A stretch of 64,000 bases of DNA, from assembly GCA_018992685.1 (NCBI GenBank), contig JACVGT010000021.1, positions 64,001 through 128,000 on the forward strand. Reading direction: 5' to 3'. This DNA is from Theionarchaea archaeon. Its GTDB lineage: Archaea; Methanobacteriota_B; Thermococci; Methanofastidiosales; SZ-28-30. Shown here piece by piece: positions 9,467 to 18,973 of the stretch. The number at the start of each line of letters is the position of its first letter. Position 1 is the first letter of the stretch. The position numbers and the translations under genes are program-made. The notes under the pieces were generated by a model that ran no database searches, was not told where the DNA came from, and saw only the letters and a program-made list of their open reading frames with translations.

Positions 9467-10194
9467 AATTTCTTTTTCCTCCAGAATATGGCACAATTGC
9501 TCGATTTTCTTACTGTGATCTGGTCCCCCACGGAAAGAGAAGATAATGCAAATCCATCCAATGTCATGTGACACGGCTTGTCCACAGCCGTAATCACAAC
9601 CTCCCAATCATGAGGAATGACCCGGGGGATAAAGGACAAGTCCAGAGGACAGATTGGAGTAATACACAGGACAGGACAGCCCTCTTCAATCCGAGGACCC
9701 CCTGCAGCAAGAGAGTAGGCTGTGGATCCCGTGGGTGTTGTGACAATAATCCCATCACCCAGGATTTCGTCAACGTGGTTCCCATACGCAACTCTGAATC
9801 GAGCCACCTTGTCCGGAATCTTGGCCCTCACTACCACTTCATTTAGAGCCTCCCCTGCTCCAGGAACTTCAATCTTCATCAGCCGGCTGACTTCATGGCT
9901 CTTCAATATATCCTGCATGCATGATACTTCGTCAGGAGAAATCTCACAGAGATGGCCATGTCTACCCACCTTTACTGCCAGAATGGGGAATGAATATTTC
10001 CTTACAGTCCGTAGAATGGTGCCGTCCCCCCCAATAACCATGAGAACGTCCACTTCCCGAATGGGATCGCCCTTGAAGAAAGGGAGTAAATCTGAATCAT
10101 AGAACAGATCATGGTGAGAGAATCGATCTGTAATCTCCTTTGCCAATTGGATAGCTTCTTCTCTATCTGTCCTTGAAACCAGGCCAATTCTCAT
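9463..10194 (-). CDS. nadK: NAD(+) kinase
   Basis: GGDGTILR, ALNE, GDGIIVTTPTGSTAYSLAAGGP. Confidence 0.92.
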   Translation of the reverse strand: MRIGLVSRTDREEAIQLAKEITDRFSHHDLFYDSDLLPFFKGDPIREVDVLMVIGGDGTILRTVRKYSFPILAVKVGRHGHLCEISPDEVSCMQDILKSHEVSRLMKIEVPGAGEALNEVVVRAKIPDKVARFRVAYGNHVDEILGDGIIVTTPTGSTAYSLAAGGPRIEEGCPVLCITPICPLDLSFIPRVIPHDWEVVITAVDKPCHMTLDGFALSSLSVGDQITVRKSSNCAIFWRKKKL

Positions 10195-10322
10195 GCAAAA
10201 CTCTGGAAATTTTCATATATAAGGTTTTGGAATTGTCACCAGTGCTGCGAAACGCACATTTTCTGGGAGAGGATTCCGTGATGAACGGAAACCTTTATCA
10301 ACCCCACGGTCTTTCATACTGC

Positions 10323-11102
10323 ATGATCGAGATCGAGTCGCATGACGATGTTCACCGCATTAGTATGAGTATTTCTTTTTTTGGGAAACAGATTTTCCCC
10401 ATAAATGCATACATCATCAACGATTTGCTCATTGATACGGGTGCTGCCAATCTGTCAAAAGATTTCCTTGACACCATCAAGGAATTCACCATACAGGACG
10501 TGGTCAATACCCATGCTCATCCCGATCATACTGGATCGAATTCGGCCTTTCCCTTTGTTTATGTGCATCCTGAAGGTGCTGACCGGCTGAGATGTCCTCA
10601 GCTAGAAATGCAAATTCAGAAGTTCTTGTATGGACTTCCTGAGCCCTCCAATCCCAAGGAGGTTCCTCCTGTCCTCAAGACGGGTGAGTACACCTTTGAC
10701 GTACTCCACACGCCAGGACATTCCCCGGATCACATTTCACTGTATGAATCCCACAAGAAGTGGGCATTCACAGGGGATCTCCTCCTGTGGGGTCCCACTA
10801 GGGAAGTATTCGTCGATGTGAAAATTTATGATGCCATTGAGTCTCTGGAACGCCTTGCCGATCTAGATATCGACATTTTGTTCCCTGGTCACGGCCCCCC
10901 TTTTGGGCATCCCAAGGAAGCCCTTTCAAAGCAGGTGAGAACTCTGAAGGACTTTGGGGTGCAGGTGAAAGAACTTCACGAGAGAGGATGGAATGCAGAG
11001 GAAATTCGTAATCATCTGTTTGGAAGAGAGCGGATGTATGTGTATTTGTGTGGAGGCAAATTCTCTGCTCTAAACCTGATTAGAAGCTATCTTGAAGGGT
11101 AA
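10323..11102 (+). CDS. MBL-fold metallo-hydrolase
   Basis: LIDTG, THAHPDHTG, HTPGHSPDH, FTGD, PGHG. Confidence 0.9.
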   Translation: MIEIESHDDVHRISMSISFFGKQIFPINAYIINDLLIDTGAANLSKDFLDTIKEFTIQDVVNTHAHPDHTGSNSAFPFVYVHPEGADRLRCPQLEMQIQKFLYGLPEPSNPKEVPPVLKTGEYTFDVLHTPGHSPDHISLYESHKKWAFTGDLLLWGPTREVFVDVKIYDAIESLERLADLDIDILFPGHGPPFGHPKEALSKQVRTLKDFGVQVKELHERGWNAEEIRNHLFGRERMYVYLCGGKFSALNLIRSYLEG

Positions 11103-11156
11103 TTTCACCCCAGGATTCTTCCATTAGAATACGTTGAATCGTCGGCTCGCGGACCT

Positions 11157-12347
11157 TTACTGAACAATCTGCAGAGGAATGGGAATGACTGTCAGGACAA
11201 AGACGGTCAGTGCTGCAAGGGCCAGAACCTTGTTGGATCCACTGATTGGCTGCAATTCATTCATGGCCCCACCGGAGCCTGCCCGCATAATCACAAAATA
11301 CAGGAGCAAAGCCCAGACAAACCACCCTTCCCACACGAACAGAGGATTGTAGTAGGGGAATCCCAAGACCACCATGACGCCGATTAACATGTGCGATACT
11401 ATTCTATGCACCTTCTCTCCCAAGATTGCACGCGCAATGTGACCTCCGTCCAGCTGTCCAATAGGGATCAAATTCACCGAGGTTACCAAGAGGGCAGCCC
11501 AGGCTGCAATCCCCACGGGATGCAGAACCACCCCATAGCCTTCTGGAATGTTCAACAACAGAGTTGCCAGAAAGTCAGTCAGCAATGATTGACCGAAGTA
11601 TATCATCACTCCTCCTTCGACTGAAGGCTCCAGATGTGGCACCACATACGACAGCTTCAGCCCAAGAATGAAGAGAGGAACTGCCACCAGAAACCCACAC
11701 AACGGGCCTGATGCTCCAAGCTGAATCATTGAATCACTGTTTGGCATGGGTGACCTGGATTTTATGACAGCCCCCATGGTCCCGATTATGAAGAAAGGCA
11801 TGGGGATGAAATATGGCCAGGTGGCATCCACTCCATTCCTGCTGGACGCATACTTGTGTCCCATCTCATGGGTTCCCAGGATAAACATGATGGCCGCGGA
11901 AAAACTCACTGCTCCCATCCACACATTGCTCATCAATCCCTCCCGTACCATGCTCTGGGAAAGAGAGTACCCTGCAAAGAGCGTAGAAGCAATGGTAGCC
12001 ACAAGGAGCACAATATTCCACATGACGTTAGGAGAGCCCTGCTTCACTTTTTCTGCAAGAATGAGGAAGTCCTGGTCACCTTTCTTCCTCAAGAAAGGAT
12101 AGTACCCCTGGGACTCAAATTCCCTCTGTATCGTCCCAAAATCATATGCAGAGGGCTGCACCTTAAATATTATCACAGAGTCCTCTACTTTGTACTCTGC
12201 ATAGGTAAAGTACGTTGAAACCAGCCTTTCGATTTTTTCCATATTTATCCCTTTGAATAACAGGGGTGATCTGCACCTGGGGCACTCCCATAATTCATCT
12301 TCCGTCACCTGGGAAAACCCACATTGGGGACACTTGTAAATTCGCAT
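11157..12347 (-). CDS. Site-2 protease (M50) with N-terminal zinc ribbon
   Basis: HEMGH, ASGP, NLIPIGQLDGGH; N-terminal CPQC...CPRC. Confidence 0.9.
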   Translation of the reverse strand: MRIYKCPQCGFSQVTEDELWECPRCRSPLLFKGINMEKIERLVSTYFTYAEYKVEDSVIIFKVQPSAYDFGTIQREFESQGYYPFLRKKGDQDFLILAEKVKQGSPNVMWNIVLLVATIASTLFAGYSLSQSMVREGLMSNVWMGAVSFSAAIMFILGTHEMGHKYASSRNGVDATWPYFIPMPFFIIGTMGAVIKSRSPMPNSDSMIQLGASGPLCGFLVAVPLFILGLKLSYVVPHLEPSVEGGVMIYFGQSLLTDFLATLLLNIPEGYGVVLHPVGIAAWAALLVTSVNLIPIGQLDGGHIARAILGEKVHRIVSHMLIGVMVVLGFPYYNPLFVWEGWFVWALLLYFVIMRAGSGGAMNELQPISGSNKVLALAALTVFVLTVIPIPLQIVQ

Positions 12348-12467
12348 GTCGGTTGTTTGAAAGGGAGCCTTTTAAAGATTGGCAAGAAGGAAGGAAAACA
12401 ATATTCCGCAGTCACTCCTCCTGAAGTTGATGCAATACCTTTTTAGTACACGTTCTCAGATTACAGT

Positions 12468-14393
12468 ATGAACCACTGCTTCCCATACCCGGAGATGCGC
12501 CTGCACCAGGAAGAACTGATTCATCTCATGCTGGAACATGTATCACTGGGCAGAAATGTGTTATTTGAGGCAGCCACGGGGTTTGGGAAGACGATTTGTG
12601 TCCTGTCGTCTCTGCTTCCTGTAGCTGATGCAGCCGGGAAGAAGATTGTGTATTGCTGTCGGACTCACAAGCAAATGGACAGAGTCATCGATGAATTGAA
12701 TGCTATTTCCCCGAATCATCCCGCATCTGGCATCTCACTGAGGGGAAGGCGGGACATGTGCCTGCATCCCACCGTGAAGAACCATGCGATGGATACAGCA
12801 TCTGCTCTCTATCTGTGCAAACTGCTGAGAAGCCTTGAGCGATGCGAGTACCATCTGAAATTCAAAGAGAAGCAGGAACAGGTTTACGAAATGGAAATAG
12901 CCCTTTCAAGGCGACCTTCGTACTCTTCTGAGATTCTGGATATCTGTATGGAAGCAGGAATTTGTCCCTATGACTTCATAAAAGAGGTGGCAAAGAATGT
13001 AGACGTGGTGGCCTGTTCCTACATGTACCTGTTTCACCCCCCCATACGCGAGAATTTTCTGGAGATTGTAGGGTGCCACCTCGAGGACATGATTGTGGTT
13101 CTGGATGAAGCGCATAACCTTCCTGATCTGTCTATACGGCTGGGATCGGACATACTGAGTACCATCTCCTTACAAGCAGCGCAGAAAGAGGCTGAAGAGT
13201 ATGAGGAACCAGATATTCTTTTCATTCTGCAAATCGTGGAACAGGTCATTGAACAGTTGGCTCAGAAATATGAACTGAACCAGGAAGATGAGGTCATTCT
13301 GAGTTATGTGGAACTGATGAATAGACTTCCGGGAGGAGAACACAAACTCCTGGAACTGTTCCGGTACATGAGAAAAGTGGGGGAAGAGGTCCAGAAAGAC
13401 AGGCTCAAGAAGGGCAGACCTCCCCGTTCCTACATTCACGGATGTGCCTTCTTTTTGATTAACTGGCTCAATGTCAAAGAAAGGGAAGACTACTGCTATT
13501 TGATCAAGCGGTTCTATACCCGCAGAGGGCATCCTGCATTCAGGCTGGAAATTGTCGATTTAGACCCCCGGAATATCTGCACTCAAGTCCTGAGCAATGT
13601 ACATGCATCTGTTTCTATGTCAGGTACTCTCACTCCCTTACATGCTTTTGCAGAGGTGGTAGGGTTAACCAATTATGAATCCAGGACATTCCCCACTCCC
13701 TTTCATCCTTCCAATATATTCGTGGCAGCTGTCCGGGGAGTAACAACCAAGGGCAACTTTCGCAGTCAGGAAATGTATCGAAAGCTGACAGTGGCCGCCA
13801 GTGAGGTCATTGATAACACGCCGAAGAATGTGGGAATCTTTGCTGCATCATACGAGGTTTTGAATGGGCTTCTCTCTGCAGGATTGAAATTGATATCCTC
13901 GAAACCATTGTTTATCGAGCGGAGAGAGTATACCTCCGGGCAGAATGATGAGCTTGTTGAATCCTTCAAGGAATGTTCTCACGAACATGGTGCTGTCTTG
14001 CTGGGGGTCATGGGGGGGAGAAATGCAGAGGGAGAAGACTTCCCTGGAGATCAGATGAATGCAGTGGTATTGGTAGGCGTCCCCTATGCGCAGCCCACGC
14101 CCCGTGTTGAGGCTCAGATACGGTACTACACCCAGGTCTTCCCCAACAAAGGGAAGTATTATGGATATTTCTTGCCCGCCCACCGGAAACTGAGCCAGGG
14201 AGCGGGGAGAGCACTTCGAATGGTCACTGATCGGGCAGCCATCGTGTTCCTGGACGAAAGGGTTATCCAGCCCTTTGTGAGAAAAGACATTGCCCAGTGG
14301 ATGCGGAGTGAAATGAAGATGCTTGAAGGCAACGAAGACCTCCTGGGAAGAATGATTGACCGATTCTTCAGGGGGACTGATGAGTCCCTGTGA
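12468..14393 (+). CDS. xpd: XPD/Rad3-family Fe-S DNA helicase
   Basis: Walker A ATGFGKT, Fe-S cysteines (RRDMC..C..C..CPY), DEAHN, SGTL, EGEDF, QGAGRALR. Confidence 0.92.
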   Translation: MNHCFPYPEMRLHQEELIHLMLEHVSLGRNVLFEAATGFGKTICVLSSLLPVADAAGKKIVYCCRTHKQMDRVIDELNAISPNHPASGISLRGRRDMCLHPTVKNHAMDTASALYLCKLLRSLERCEYHLKFKEKQEQVYEMEIALSRRPSYSSEILDICMEAGICPYDFIKEVAKNVDVVACSYMYLFHPPIRENFLEIVGCHLEDMIVVLDEAHNLPDLSIRLGSDILSTISLQAAQKEAEEYEEPDILFILQIVEQVIEQLAQKYELNQEDEVILSYVELMNRLPGGEHKLLELFRYMRKVGEEVQKDRLKKGRPPRSYIHGCAFFLINWLNVKEREDYCYLIKRFYTRRGHPAFRLEIVDLDPRNICTQVLSNVHASVSMSGTLTPLHAFAEVVGLTNYESRTFPTPFHPSNIFVAAVRGVTTKGNFRSQEMYRKLTVAASEVIDNTPKNVGIFAASYEVLNGLLSAGLKLISSKPLFIERREYTSGQNDELVESFKECSHEHGAVLLGVMGGRNAEGEDFPGDQMNAVVLVGVPYAQPTPRVEAQIRYYTQVFPNKGKYYGYFLPAHRKLSQGAGRALRMVTDRAAIVFLDERVIQPFVRKDIAQWMRSEMKMLEGNEDLLGRMIDRFFRGTDESL

Positions 14394-14407
14394 GAGTACC
14401 CAGAGGA

Positions 14408-15793
14408 CTAGTACTGGAGTGAGAAGGCCCCGGGGTTCAATATGCACCGTGGATCAAGCGCTTTTTTTATCCTCTCCAGTGTATCCCTGAATTGGGGAGT
14501 CATGTCCAGGTACGGATACCAGGCAATTCCCGTCCAGTAGGGAACTCCCCCGTACTCCCAGATATCCTTCTTCTTTTCGTCCCACATGTTCCGTATGAGT
14601 TCTAGGGACTTCTGGTCATTTTCCTTCCCGTAAACATGGCCCACGAAAGAGACACAGTTATTCAGAGCAGGCATGGCACATATCAACCCAAATAACCCTT
14701 TTTTCTCGATTTCGTATTTCTTGAAAGTGGCTTTCAATTCCTCCACAATTTCAGGGATTCGGTACGTTTCCAGACAGTGGCAGGTGGCATTCCACATGCC
14801 ATATTTAAAGAGCGGGGTAATCATCTCAAATTTAGAATTCCAGTACACCTTGGGAAACATGTCCCCCAAATCCTTTCCGTTGTGTTTTTGAGCTATATTC
14901 TGGCACAGTGCCTGCTTGGCTGCTGAAATATCTGCCGAAGGCTCTTCCAGGATAACCACAAACAGTGCTTCAATGTCAGGGAATAAATCTGCCATTTCCT
15001 CAATGACTCCTCTGATGGATGCTTTATCACATACCATCGTCATGTCCTCGGCAATCATCAATTTTTGGATGTCATAGAAGGCGCCTGTGGCATCCTCAAT
15101 GTTCGAGAACCCGAATGCACAATATGCAATACTTTCAGGGTACGGATAGATTCGCACGGTAATGTCATATTTCACCCCCAACAGGGAATGATCACCACAG
15201 AATAGCCCTGTTAAATCTGCGGTACAGGTAAACCTATTGAAGGGACGGGCATGAGGGTTGATTCGAGACCCCGTTTCCAGGATGTCTCCTTCGGGCAAGA
15301 CCACCGTGATGCTGGTCACTCCCTGGGGAGCCTGACCCCATTTGGCTGACGCCAGCCCAATAGAATTTGACGATACAGACCCTCCGATGGTTGCTGAATG
15401 ACCGGAGTAAGGTCCTCTGAATCCTGGTTTGAACCCTTTCTGTTTCAGCTCATAGAGAAGGTTTCCCCAGGTACATCCTGCACCTACAGTGGCCGTCATG
15501 TTATCGGGAGTTATAACTACCTGGTTAATTCCCGTCATGTCCAGCATGATTCCTCCCCTTTGGGGAAGACATGCACCTCCCATGCCACAACGGCCCCCTG
15601 CAGCAATGACAGGGGTTCCTGTCTGATTGGCAAGCTTGAGAATATCTGCTATGTGCTGGGCAGTTAGGGGTCTCACCACGAAATCAGGTTTGAGCGTCTG
15701 TATGAGAGACGCATCCCTAGAGTAAGAGAGTAACACAGTATCCCTATCAGTAGCATTGGATTCTCCCACAATGTTCTGGAGTCTGGAAAGCAT
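14408..15793 (-). CDS. FAD-binding oxidoreductase (VAO/GlcD-Dld superfamily)
   Basis: PDFVVRP, ATVGAG, ATIGG, DLTGLFCGDHSLLGV, C-terminal IKKALDPRCILNPG. Confidence 0.85.
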   Translation of the reverse strand: MLSRLQNIVGESNATDRDTVLLSYSRDASLIQTLKPDFVVRPLTAQHIADILKLANQTGTPVIAAGGRCGMGGACLPQRGGIMLDMTGINQVVITPDNMTATVGAGCTWGNLLYELKQKGFKPGFRGPYSGHSATIGGSVSSNSIGLASAKWGQAPQGVTSITVVLPEGDILETGSRINPHARPFNRFTCTADLTGLFCGDHSLLGVKYDITVRIYPYPESIAYCAFGFSNIEDATGAFYDIQKLMIAEDMTMVCDKASIRGVIEEMADLFPDIEALFVVILEEPSADISAAKQALCQNIAQKHNGKDLGDMFPKVYWNSKFEMITPLFKYGMWNATCHCLETYRIPEIVEELKATFKKYEIEKKGLFGLICAMPALNNCVSFVGHVYGKENDQKSLELIRNMWDEKKKDIWEYGGVPYWTGIAWYPYLDMTPQFRDTLERIKKALDPRCILNPGAFSLQY

Positions 15794-16067
15794 ACTATGC
15801 GGGTGGTATGACGTTATAAATAACTTTTCATTTCACATGCGTTGAGCCCTGCCAGGCGGCAAGGTTCAATCGTCTCGGTCTCAGAAGCCCGCTGATGAGA
15901 ATACCCCACAGGAATATGGGTAAGAAATGAACCTTGCACTTTGAGAACCCGTATGATCCCTGATTCCTCTTTTCTCACTCTCAGGCTTCAATTATCCACC
16001 GAGTTCAGAATATGGTAGCTTTTCAAAGAAGAGGGCCCAGGCAGCCACATTTCCCATATCCTGCATA

Positions 16068-17663
16068 TTATGTCAAATGTAACGTTCTAACGCTGTTGTT
16101 TCTCCGAGAGGTTTTTCTCCACCAGATTCCCATGATACGTTTCGATCTCCACAGACTATGTAGTTCTGAAATGATGAGTACCCGGTCAAAAATATCCACA
16201 ACATTAAACGAATTGCCAAAAAGACTCCTCACATACTGACCAGAAACGGCATTCGCATTGGAAATTACCGTATTGTCAACTCTGGATGCATAGGGATAGG
16301 AAGAATGGCCTGTAAGCACCAAATCTACCTGGAGGTCGCACAGTGTTTTCAAGACGTCTCCTGCATCTTCCAGTAGCCCCTTCTCTCTGATATGGGGCAA
16401 AGGAATGACGTTGTGGTGCAGGAACACGATGCTCATGTCCTGTTCCTGCTCTCTGATACCCCTTTCCAGTTTGGCCAGCTCGAATCGCCCTACAGCCCCC
16501 ACATCTGAATCATACTGAGAAGAGTTCACTGCATGCACATGAACCAGTGGGTTCTCAAAGTCCTGGTCCCATCCGCCTGCTAATCGGGGAAAGAGTTCAT
16601 ATCCAATATAGTTGATGTCTCGGGGCCCGGGCGTATATACTACGGGAGAACTGATCTGGCTCAAATACGTTTCTGCCAGATCGTAGTGGAGAGGAATTCC
16701 CGCCTCCACAATATCGCCGCAGTGGACCACAAGATCTGGTGAGAGAGCATTAATCTTTCTCACAGCATTTTCAAACTTTTTCCTCTCAAACATTTTTCGA
16801 TCCGAAAAAAAGGTACCTGCAATGTGAATTATTCGGGCCAGCTTCTTACCTTCTGAAATGAAGATCTCACTTGAGACACGGGGGTACTCATGTGGCTGAT
16901 ATTCCTGGAAGTGTTGTGGCCGAGACGGAGCGGTGTCACCAGCACTCCCATAGCACTGGGATCGTTCATTCCCTACTCTCCTGATGGTGATGGTGATCTT
17001 CTGAGGTGAAATGTCCACCTGGTTATAACTGCATGCATCTCCCGCTCTCACCTTCCTGCAGGACATGCAGCCCGCATTGCTGATGATCATGTCATCCACA
17101 TCGACCACATTCGGGTAGTGACGGTGGCCGGATAAAACGAGGTTTACATTATACTTTTGGAGTAAATCCATCAAATCTCCTGCATTGAACAGGACGTTTC
17201 TCTCTGTACCTGCCTTTGGAACAGGGACCAGGTGGTGATGGACTGCCACTATTTTTATCTTCTTTGAACTGTACTTCATCAGCTGAGTTTTCAACCAATT
17301 GAACTTGCTGCTTCCCACTCTGCCCTCATTGCGATCGGGAATGGAACTGTCCACGTAAAGGAGTACATAATCATCACCCTCTTTCACACCATTGAATTCC
17401 CCGTAGTACTCATTGAAAAGTTCGTATCCAACGTTACGTGAATCATGGTTTCCCGGGATAATCACAAGTGGCTTTTTTATCGTGTCGATGAAAGCCTTGG
17501 AATGTTCATACGCTTCCCTCAGTCCAGAGTCAGTCACGTCGCCTGTGTGAACCACCAGATCAAAAGGAAGGCGGTTAACCTCTTCCACGATCTGCGAAAA
17601 GGGTTCCTTCTTGAATTCTCCTCCAGGAGTGATGTGAGAATCCGAGATATGAGCAATTCTCAT
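16068..17663 (-). CDS. Tandem calcineurin-like metallophosphoesterase (second domain degenerate)
   Basis: Domain 1: HISDSH, GD, GNHD, HHH, GHRH; domain 2: HIAGTF, GD, GPRD, HHN, GHSS. Confidence 0.88.
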   Translation of the reverse strand: MRIAHISDSHITPGGEFKKEPFSQIVEEVNRLPFDLVVHTGDVTDSGLREAYEHSKAFIDTIKKPLVIIPGNHDSRNVGYELFNEYYGEFNGVKEGDDYVLLYVDSSIPDRNEGRVGSSKFNWLKTQLMKYSSKKIKIVAVHHHLVPVPKAGTERNVLFNAGDLMDLLQKYNVNLVLSGHRHYPNVVDVDDMIISNAGCMSCRKVRAGDACSYNQVDISPQKITITIRRVGNERSQCYGSAGDTAPSRPQHFQEYQPHEYPRVSSEIFISEGKKLARIIHIAGTFFSDRKMFERKKFENAVRKINALSPDLVVHCGDIVEAGIPLHYDLAETYLSQISSPVVYTPGPRDINYIGYELFPRLAGGWDQDFENPLVHVHAVNSSQYDSDVGAVGRFELAKLERGIREQEQDMSIVFLHHNVIPLPHIREKGLLEDAGDVLKTLCDLQVDLVLTGHSSYPYASRVDNTVISNANAVSGQYVRSLFGNSFNVVDIFDRVLIISELHSLWRSKRIMGIWWRKTSRRNNSVRTLHLT

Positions 17664-17682
17664 GTTTATCCTGCATTCACGC

Positions 17683-18099
17683 CTATTCGCTGGAGATCAC
17701 TGTCTCCAAGAGCTGTCTTTCCGGATCTACAAGATCTTTTAAGGAAAATAGCCCTGTGATCTGTCCTCGTTCTGTGATGAGAACATGACGTATCTGGTGT
17801 TGTTGCATTAATTCAAGCACTTTAGATACGGGAGAGTCAATGTCAGTTGTGATGAGGTCCCTGGTCATGATGCTGGAAATGGGTTTAGCATAGGACAGTC
17901 CTTTAGCCACCACCCGCTCGATAACGTCCCCCTGGGTTAGGAATCCCACGACTCCTTCATTACACACTACCAGAGAACCTACCTTGAATTCCACCATTTT
18001 TCGACAGGCTTCCTGAATAGTTTCATGTTCAGATATGCCCACCAGTTTTCGTGTGGTGTACTGTCTGATGGGAACTGAAAGGTTATTAATATCATTCAT
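17683..18099 (-). CDS. CBS-pair domain protein
   Basis: Two CBS repeats (KVGSLVV...GFLTQGD; IRHVLI...GLFSLKD); overlaps the pgk2 stop. Confidence 0.88.
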   Translation of the reverse strand: MNDINNLSVPIRQYTTRKLVGISEHETIQEACRKMVEFKVGSLVVCNEGVVGFLTQGDVIERVVAKGLSYAKPISSIMTRDLITTDIDSPVSKVLELMQQHQIRHVLITERGQITGLFSLKDLVDPERQLLETVISSE

Positions 18100-18973
18100 C
18101 CGTTGCAGCCTCCTTTTGAAGTTGATCATACATTCTATTTAAGATTTGAGTGACTGTCTCCTCTAACGCTATATTTTCCAGAACCGGAACCCTCTCTCTA
18201 TTAGCCCTCCCTACGATGTGGTCTTGTATCTGCCTGATCTTGTCAATATTCTCAAGGTAGTGTTCTGGAGGTCTTCTGCTGTCCTTTGCTCGAGCATAGA
18301 ACCTGTTCACGTGTTCCTCTCTGTCACTGAGGGTAAGAACGAAATGAAATATCGTCCGATCCTGACGTTCAACATACCCAGGGACAAGATGAATTCCTTC
18401 CATTACAAGACTGAACCCCTCGGTCAGTGCTCTGTTGATTATGGCATTAATCCCCACAGCAACATGAGATACCTGAAGCTCAAAAGCATAGATCACTGCA
18501 CTCAAAAATGAAGAAGGAGCCTGAATTTCTTTCCATGCGGAAAATGAGGACGTGTGAAGAGTGGGGAGTAGATCCCGTGAGACCATTTTCCGCATGACCT
18601 CACGCACGACGTCTGTCCCAATAATGGAATGAATCCCCAGTCGATAGCTGATTTCAAAGGCTACCGTAGATTTCCCGATGCCTGTGGCACCTCCCAGAAG
18701 AACAACAAGTGACTGTTTTTTCTTTCTCAGTGAATGCCACATCTGGTAGAACGAGGCGATACGTGGGTACCCGTCATCTATCAGGATGTGGTAAGTCATG
18801 TCAGTGAGATCTTGTTCAGAGATCCGGGAGATTCCTGAGGTCACCATTCTCTGCCCAATTTCCTCTGCCATTTTGTAGGCCCTGTTCACATCCAGCCCTG
18901 CTTTCAACAAAGATCCGGCCAGGACACCCTTTGAAAATGGAGTTACATACTTCTTGCCTACTACTTCTATCGT
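18092..18973 (-). CDS. pgk2: 2-phosphoglycerate kinase (ATP-cone + P-loop); probable ACG start
   Basis: N-terminal PFSKGVLAGSL ATP-cone motif lies upstream of the first TTG; GGATGIGKS, GTDVVREVMR, EGIHLVPG; ACG at 18973 after SD GGAGGGGATC. Confidence 0.9.
   Translation of the reverse strand, partial: TIEVVGKKYVTPFSKGVLAGSLLKAGLDVNRAYKMAEEIGQRMVTSGISRISEQDLTDMTYHILIDDGYPRIASFYQMWHSLRKKKQSLVVLLGGATGIGKSTVAFEISYRLGIHSIIGTDVVREVMRKMVSRDLLPTLHTSSFSAWKEIQAPSSFLSAVIYAFELQVSHVAVGINAIINRALTEGFSLVMEGIHLVPGYVERQDRTIFHFVLTLSDREEHVNRFYARAKDSRRPPEHYLENIDKIRQIQDHIVGRANRERVPVLENIALEETVTQILNRMYDQLQKEAATDE

Noticed and set aside
15942-15966. TPP riboswitch-like TGAGAACCCGTATGATCCCTGAT
   Set aside because: Downstream P5 loop and GCG elements are absent, and no thiamine gene lies downstream on that strand
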